This document shows, piece by piece, positions 55,710 to 64,000 of a stretch of DNA of 64,000 nt. A program made the position numbers and the translations under genes. The DNA comes from the human T2T-CHM13v2.0 reference genome, Homo sapiens. The stretch's first letter is position 1. Each line of letters starts with the position of its first letter. Under the pieces are notes generated by a model. That model did no database searches and was not told the origin of the DNA. It saw only the letters and a program-made list of their open reading frames with translations. The stretch lies in the NCBI GenBank assembly GCA_009914755.4, contig CP068257.2, forward strand, positions 29,216,001 to 29,280,000. Direction: 5' to 3'.

Positions 55710-56080
55710 AGATATTCTGCAGACCCTGCATTGGCTGGATCAACTGACACCACCCAGACGGGTAATCTGGCTCGACCAGTTCTGCGATCCCACCCAGGAA
55801 GAGAAAACAGCAAGAAAAACTCACTTCAACCCCGTAGGATTCCATCTCCAACCTGACCAATCCACACTCCCCACTTCCCAAGCCCCTACCCGCCAAAATA
55901 TCTTTAAAAACTCTGATCCCCAAATGCTTGGGGAGACTGATTTGAGTAATAATAAAACTCCAGTCTCCAGCACAGCCGGCTCTGTGCAAATTACTCTTTC
56001 CAACGCAATTCCCCTGTCTTGATAAATCGGCTCTAACTAGGCAGCGGGCAAGGTGAACTCACTGCGCGATTACAATAACA
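55710..56080 (+). other. LTR-like, CpG-retaining segment with internal AATAAA; family unassigned
   Basis: gatattctgcagaccctgcattggctggatcaactgacaccacccagacgggtaatctggctcgaccagttctgcgatcccacccagg...gagtaataataaaactccagtctccagcacagccggctctgtgcaaattactctttccaacgcaattcccctgtcttgataaatcggctctaactaggcagcgggcaaggtgaactcactgcgcgattaca. I count about 11 CpGs in about 360 bp, well above the surrounding sequence. The minus-strand ORFs 55708..56003 have no recognisable similarity. Confidence 0.3.
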
Positions 56081-57356
56081 CATAAACAGAAAATCACATA
56101 AAACAAAAACACTAATAAATTATCACAACATATTTGTAAAATATCAACTATCTCTCAGGAAAAAAAAAAGAACGTTGTCTAATCTCTCTCTCCTCCTCGA
56201 AGACCATCTCTATCCTTATGCCTAACACTGTGTTTTGTTTTTCCTGCTTTTCATCTTTTTATGAATGGATTCATGTGCCTCCCTTATTACGGAATTCTGT
56301 CTGGCTTATTATGGAATTGTGTGTCTAGCTTATTTCTTCAATATTCTGATGGTGAGATTTATCCATGCCATTGCATGCATCAGTTCATTCATTTGCATTG
56401 TTATACAGCGTTCGTATTGTATGACTATTGCACAATTTATCTATATTACTACTGATTAACATTTAGATCATTTCCAATATTTGGCTATAATAATGTTGCT
56501 ATGAACATTCTTATATAGTCTCTTGCTGCACTTGCACACACATGTCTGTTGGGTAACTAAAAGTCAAATTTCAAGACCATACAGTACATATGTATTAACA
56601 CTAATAGGTAATTAGCAATCTTACATATTTCTACTTCCCCTATCAGTTTGGGAAAGTTTCATTTCCAGTTCAACATTTGGTGTTGTCAGTCATTGTAATT
56701 TTAGCAATTTAGGGATACACATTGTACCTCCTAGTGGCTTTAGTTTGTAATTTTCTGATTAGCACAACACTTTTCCGTGTCTGTGGCTACTTAAAGGAAT
56801 CTTTTGTGAAATACCTGTTCAACTCTCTTGCCTGTTTTTCTATTAAACTACCGTTTTCTTATTGACTTGTGGTGTTCCTTTATATGATATGGACACTAGC
56901 TCTTTGTCAGTTACTTGTCATGCAAATGTCTCCTGCTGCTTGGTGGTTTACCTTTTTTACTTTCTTAATAAAATACCTTAATCTTGACACCGTCCTGTCT
57001 ATTGACATTTCCTTTACATTTAATGTGTTTGAGGGTCGTGTTTATGAAATCTTTCTTCAACTGGAGTTTATACATATATTCTCCTAGCTTTTCTTTCACA
57101 AGTTTTTATGCTTCTGCTTTTCACATTGTAATAGAGAATCTAGGGAATTGATTTTTTGTGTACTATGTGAAGTAGAGGTAAAGCCTAAATTTTCCTCCTG
57201 AGGATGTCCAATTGCCCCAGAACCATGTATTGAAAAGATTCCTTTTGCCCACTGTCCTGCAGCACCACCTTTAACAGAAATAAATTGTTCTGTTTCTAGA
57301 ACATCTATTATATCCTTTGATCTAGTTTTCCTTGTGCCAATATCACATTGTCTTAA

Positions 57357-57692
<336 letters not shown>

Positions 57693-60600
57693 TTTGACAT
57701 CTTTATAGCATAAATCTCTCAACTTCTTTTACTTCAAGAGTGTGTTGGCTATCCTTGGCTCTTTGCATGTATAGATATATATACATGCAAACATATATAT
57801 ATATATATAAACTTGTAGGGAAATTAATATCTTTATAATATTGAGTCATCCAATCTATAACATGGTATAGCCATCCATTTCTTTTATTTCTCTCAATAAT
57901 ATTTTATAGTTTTCTGTGTAGAGACTGTACACATCTTTCACTAGATTTATTCTTAGGTGTCATATTTTATGTTATTATACATAGCATTTTTAAATTTTAT
58001 TGTCTATTTGTTGCTGACACACAGAAATACTTTTGATTTTATATACAGACCTTATGCTCAGAAAATATGCTAATTTTGCTTACTACTTCTACCAATTTAC
58101 TTGTGCTTTTGTTCCTAATTTTGTCCACACGTGATCATAGGATCTGTGATACGATAGCTTTATTCCTTTCTTTCTAATTCTAAAGAATTTTGTTTCTTAT
58201 ATTTGCCTTTTTGCACAGACTCCAATAAAATGATGACTAGAAGTGACAAATATCGGGCATTCTTATTTCAAACACTAATGTCTCAAAATTTCACCACTAA
58301 ATATAATGTTTGCTGAAGTCTTATTATAGATATTATTGACCTGGTTAATGAAATTCCCTTATATTTTTCCTATGCTATGTGTTCAATGTATTATTATAAA
58401 CAGATGTTAAGTTTTATATACTTTTTCTGCATCTATTGGGAGGACCAAATGATTTTTCCCTCTTAATGTTTCTTTATGCTATACTTATTTTCAAATAGTT
58501 AACTAACCTTGCTTTTCTGCGATCATTTTACTTTTCATTGAGTTATAACTTATGTAAAATAAACCTCATTGATTCTACATATACAATTTGATGAAGTTTG
58601 GTAAGTGCATACAGTCATGTAACCATCACCATAATCAAGATACACAATAAATCCATCCTAATCCCTAAAATGTTTCGTCATGCCCTATGGCTGTCAATCA
58701 CCACCTCTGATGAGTGGCTTCAGGGAAATATTAATTTGCTTTCTATCATTACCGTTTTGCCTTTCTTTGAGTTTTAGGTAAATGAAATAACAGATTATGT
58801 AGTCTGTGGTGTTGGAATTATTTCACTATTTTTGAGATTCACTGTTTCCAAAATCCAGTGCATTGTTGCATGCATTAATATTTTACTGCTTTTTACTTCT
58901 GAATAGTATTCCACAATATAGAAATACCACAATTTTTTTAATCATTTGCCAATTGATGGCCATTTGAGTTGTTTACACTTTTTGGCATCTATGAACAATA
59001 CTGGTATGAATATTGTTGTACAATATATTATATGCACCTATGTCCCATTTCTCTTGAATTAATAACTAGTAATGGGATTACTGAGTTGTATGTTAGGTGC
59101 AGGTGTATGTTTAACTTTATAAGACATTGCTATATTGTTTTCCAAAGTATTTGTACAAGTTTTGCATTCCCACTAACACTATTGTCATGCATCCTCACCA
59201 ACACTTGGTATGGTCAGTCTTTTTAATGTCAGCCAACCTAATAACATGTGATATCTCATTTGGGGTTTTATTCTGCATTTCTCTGAAAACTAATGATATT
59301 AAATATTTTCATATGATTATTGGCTCGTTAGATACTTTAATTTGTGAAGTATCTGCCCAAATTTTTTGTACATTTTAAATTAGGTTTTCTTATTATTGGG
59401 TTCTCTAAATTATTCTTAAAATATTCTTTAAAGTATAATTTAAAGAATTATTAAATTATTCTTTAAACACATCTTTAACTGCATCCCACATTTTGATATG
59501 TAGTATTTTTATTATCATTGATTTAAATTATTTTCCCTTATGGTGTCTTTTTTGGCCCATCAGTCATTCATTTCCAAAAGTGGGGATTTTCTGGTTAACA
59601 TTTTTATAATTGACAAATAATATTTGTCTATATTTATGAGGTACAATGTGATGTTTTAATTTCTGTATACATTATCAAATGATTAAATAAAGCTAAATAA
59701 CATTTCCTACACCTCATACTGTTTTTGTGGCACAGACATTTAAAATCTGCTCTCTTAACAATTTTGCAATATATGTTACATCATTATGAACTATAGTTAC
59801 CTTGCTGTGCAATAGATCTCAAAAACACATTCCTTCTAATTGAAACTGTACCTTTTGGCCAACATTTCATTCTCCAATCCCCACCTCCAGCCTTTGGTAA
59901 CCATCACTCTATTCTCTACTTCTATGAGATTAACTTTGTTATATTTCACATATAAGTGAGATCATGCAGTATTTGTCTTCTGTGCCTGGCTTATTTCACT
60001 TAGCAAAATCTCCTCCAGGTTTATCCATGTTGTCACAAATGACAATTCCCTTCTTCTTATGGCTGAATATATTTCATTTTGTATATACACTACATATTCT
60101 TATTCATTCATCCATAATGGACACTTAGGTTGATTCCATTCTGGTTAACTTTTTGTTACTGATTTGTAGTTTAATTGGTCTTCACTCAGTGACATTTTCC
60201 ATATGATTTCAACCCCTAGAAATTTCAGGGAACTTGCTTTATGGTCTTGCATGTGGTCAATTTATGTCAATATTCCATGTCTGCTTGAAAACAAAGTTCA
60301 TTTTACACTTGTTGAGTACAGTTCTCATGTATTTAATTAGGTGGTAGTTACTCATGTTTTTTAATTCTATTTTCTTACTGATATTTCTGTCTGGTTGCCC
60401 ATGCATTTTTTGAGAGAGGCGCTTTTAAATGTTTCGCTATGATTAGGAATTTTTCCACTTCTGATAATTTTTGCTTTATATAAGTCTATGTTATTAGGTA
60501 TATGCAAACATGGAATTTTTATCTTCTTGTGAATTGAATATTTTATTATTTCCAACACTTCATCTGTATTTTATTTATTTTTTGTCCTAAAATGTATGTT

Positions 60601-63189
60601 GCCTGGTATGTAAATATATATACAAACTTTCCTTTGGTAGGGTTTGCATGGTATATCTTTTCTCATCTGTTTTCCTTTTAACCTTATATTTTTGAGGCAT
60701 GTCATTTATAAGCTATAAATTGTTAACGTTTTATCCCATTTGACAAACTTTGTGTTCTAATTGGACAGCTTAGTTCATTGACAATTAATATAATTAGTGA
60801 CATATTTCAATTTGCATCTACTGTCATACTCAGTCCCTTCTATTTATCTAACCTGTTCTTTTTTTTCTTTATCCTTTTAGATAAAATATTCTTATTATTC
60901 CACTTTTTATCACTATTAGCTTAGTGCTAATATCTGACCTTACTATTCTTCACTTATTTCCCTAAAAATTACATTATTCATCCTTCAGTTATCAAAATCT
61001 AACGTTACATGGGACTTTTTGGCTCTTCCAGAGGAAGGTAAAAAATTGAAACATTTTTAATTTCATTAATTCCCCTCCCATTTATATAATATTGTCATAT
61101 TTTCTCATAAGGTTCTACTTTTATGTTTTACATAGTCATTAAACATTTACATTTCTTCATCTGTTTCTCATTTTTATTGTTCTTTATTTCTTCCTGTATC
61201 TCACATTCTGAGCCTGAATAATCTTTCTCTGTCTTTGGCATAGATTACAGGTGATGAATTCTGCCAGGTTTTACTTATCTAAAAATGCTGTTTATCTATT
61301 TTTGGATGTTATTTTCCCTGGATACAAAATTCACAGTAGCAAGTTATTTACTATGAGCACTCTGAGAACTCTGAAGATAACATTTTATTACCAGCTAGCT
61401 TTCATTGTTTCAATTCTGCAGTCAGCTTGTCACTAATAGTTGTCCCTTTGAAAGTAGTTTGGCTTTTTCTCCTCTGAATGTCTGAATGCTTTTATTATTT
61501 TTCTTTGTTTTTGGCTTTCAGATGTTTTAATACGACAAGCTCAGGTTTGTTTGTTTGTTATTCTCTTGCTCAGGATCTGTAGGGATGATTGAATATGTGA
61601 CTTTATGGTTTTTGCTAACTTTAGAGAATTCTCAGATTCAATCTCATCATATATTGCTTCCAGCCCATTATCTCTCTTTTATGCTCCAGGGGATCCAACT
61701 CATTTTTTTCAATGTTGTTTTCACTCTCTTCTCTGTTTCCTAATTTTAACTCTCCATATTTCACTTTGTATTTTGCAGTTGTAGATTTACATGTGGTTCA
61801 TTTTTACAGTTACTACTTTCTTGCCAAATTTTTCAACGTTTTATTTTATTTTCTGGAGCATATTAAGCATAGCTATTTTAAAATTTAGATTTGATAATAT
61901 CATTATTTGAAGCTCCTGTAGGTTTTTCTTTGGTCATTAATTTGGATTTTGATCTATGTTGTTTTGTCACCTGCTTATTTTCTGTTGAATACCAGACATT
62001 ATTAGTTCGAAAATTGGAGAAATAATTATACAAGTTGTAGAAATAATAGGAATCCTGTGTTATCTTCTTCCAGGAAAAAAAAAATCTTTTCTTTTTCTAG
62101 TAGATGTCCAAGGTAACAAATAATCTGGACTTGCCTTGAATTCAATTTCAGGAATTAAAATAATTCAAAGTGTGGCTTCAGTCCTTGCAAGGACTCTTCT
62201 AATTCAAATTTACCCCAACTCCCAGAGCATAACCTTTTGGGTTCTCAACTTAAAATAGGGAGTTTTACAATGTTCCAACAGAAGGTACCTCAATTTTTTT
62301 CTCCCAAGCCACAAAAAACTTCCAAAATTTCTTCCCAGTTATCTTGGCTTCTCAATTTTCTTTTCCAGATTTTGGTAGCTACCTCTAAGTAAAAAATACC
62401 CCTCAATGCCAGTCTCACTTCTCTGAGTGAGTCAACCCAATTGCTTCTCTAATAACTTCAAGCAGATAAACTCTTTTTTTCTTTGACATTTTGTCCAGAT
62501 TTTCTAATTGTTCTCAACAGGAGGTTTAACTCAGATTAACTACCTCATCATTCCTGGAGAATAATAACTCATTGGTTTCAAAATCCAGGCTTTTTTTTCT
62601 GAATTCTCATTCTCCTTTAACTCTCTGAGGCACTCAATTCTGTTGCTTAATTTCTTACTTGAAATTTTTCATTTTCATCACATTATACATTTCTGATTTT
62701 TAAAATTTTCTTATTGCTCTATATATTTCTACATATACTCTATATTCCTTCCTCACTTATTTTACAGGACTATGTTTATTTTTATACATGTTCTTTTATA
62801 TAGGTGTATCTCAGGATAAATAACCCTTCTAAATATATCCCTTCAATAAGTGGATCTACTCCTACAGCTACAGTTACATGGATGATTTCTACATCTTCAT
62901 CTTTAGTCCTAAAATATCGTTTATGCTCACATCTCATATTTTAAACTTCCTAGAAGACATCTTCATTTAGATAGTCAGTCACCACCTCTCTCTAAGCATG
63001 TCTGTTACCTCCCTTCCAAGCCAATGTTTCATCACAACTAAACTATTTTGAAGGGTCCAGGCCACTGGGCAGGGACAGAAACAAACACAGAAAAGGAGCA
63101 GAAGAAGGCATACGTGCCAAAAAGAGCCACATTAAGCTAGTTGGTGACTTCCTGGATTTAGGAAATAGAGAAGAGAGAATTGAACATGA

Positions 63190-63492
<303 letters not shown>

Positions 63493-63617
63493 GATCCCAG
63501 GTTTTCTTGATTGAAAGATGAAAAAGTGCCTTCATTTGATATAAATTAGTTAAATGGGAAGAGAACAGTTTGGGAGAGAGAGGTGCTGTGTGTGTCTTCT
63601 TTTCTTTTTTTCTTTTT

Positions 63618-63720
63618 AGTGACAGATTCTTGCTATGTTGCTCAGGCTGGCTTTGAACTCCTAGGCTCAAGTGATCCTCCCACCTCAGCCTCCAGAGAAC
63701 TTGGGACTCCAGGTGGTGCC
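63618..63720 (-). mobile_element. Diverged partial Alu/FLAM-like fragment (minus orientation)
   Basis: gacagattcttgctatgttgctcaggctggctttgaactcctaggctcaagtgatcctcccacctcagcctccagagaacttgggactccaggtggtgcccatcctgcctgg is the reverse complement of the Alu left-arm region. The ORF 63583..63801 is an artefact. Confidence 0.7.
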
Positions 63721-64000
63721 CATCCTGCCTGGATATGTGCTTGTGTTCTTGTCACCCACCTTCCTATCCCCACACCCGCCCTTCACCGTCACCTCCATTA
63801 GAAATATATTCTGAATAATGTTTTCATATTCCTCCTCCTAAAACACAACATTCTCACATCACTCCAAATATTAAGAATCTAGAGTGTCTCCTGTTACCTT
63901 CTGTACAGACTCCAAACTTCTCTGCTGAATTTTCAAGGTCATTTGTAATCTGTTTCCACTCTACCTAGCCATTATTTCCCATGATGCAACCTCTACTCTA

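Overview
This window is primate (human-type) nuclear DNA, not a prokaryotic or phage locus. The evidence is at least 16 Alu SINEs in both orientations (many with intact poly-A tails and target-site duplications), two 3' fragments of L1 LINEs whose decayed ORF2 C-terminal peptides are recognisable, several MaLR-type LTRs (one clear THE1/MST-like solo LTR) and abundant microsatellites. The only convincing protein-coding gene is a single-exon, 163-codon, Cys/Ser/Thr/Gln-rich ORF on the minus strand (32776..33267). I recognise it as keratin-associated protein KRTAP11-1 (KAP11.1). On the same strand it has a TATA box about 80 bp upstream of the ATG and an AATAAA about 360 nt downstream of the stop. 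That places the window in the hair keratin-associated-protein gene cluster (chr21q22.1 in human). Every other long ORF in the six-frame track is explained by Alu, L1 or LTR sequence, or by alternative or antisense frames of the KRTAP11-1 repeat region. I find no CRISPR array, rRNA/tRNA gene, operon-like gene cluster or anything resembling a defence or mobile prokaryotic system. The idea of a novel biological system is therefore not supported. The findings worth a second look are structural: a perfect 149-bp tandem duplication, a perfect 35-bp-arm hairpin, an AT-rich palindromic block flanked by inverted copies of an Alu tail, a closely spaced inverted Alu pair, young AluY-like insertions with perfect TSDs (candidate insertion polymorphisms), a 27-bp minisatellite next to an LTR-like CpG-retaining segment, and the 30-nt tandem repeat inside the KRTAP11-1 CDS. 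Family names for the older repeats come from memory of consensus motifs and are approximate. Coordinates of repeat boundaries are accurate to within about 10 bp unless a TSD pins them.
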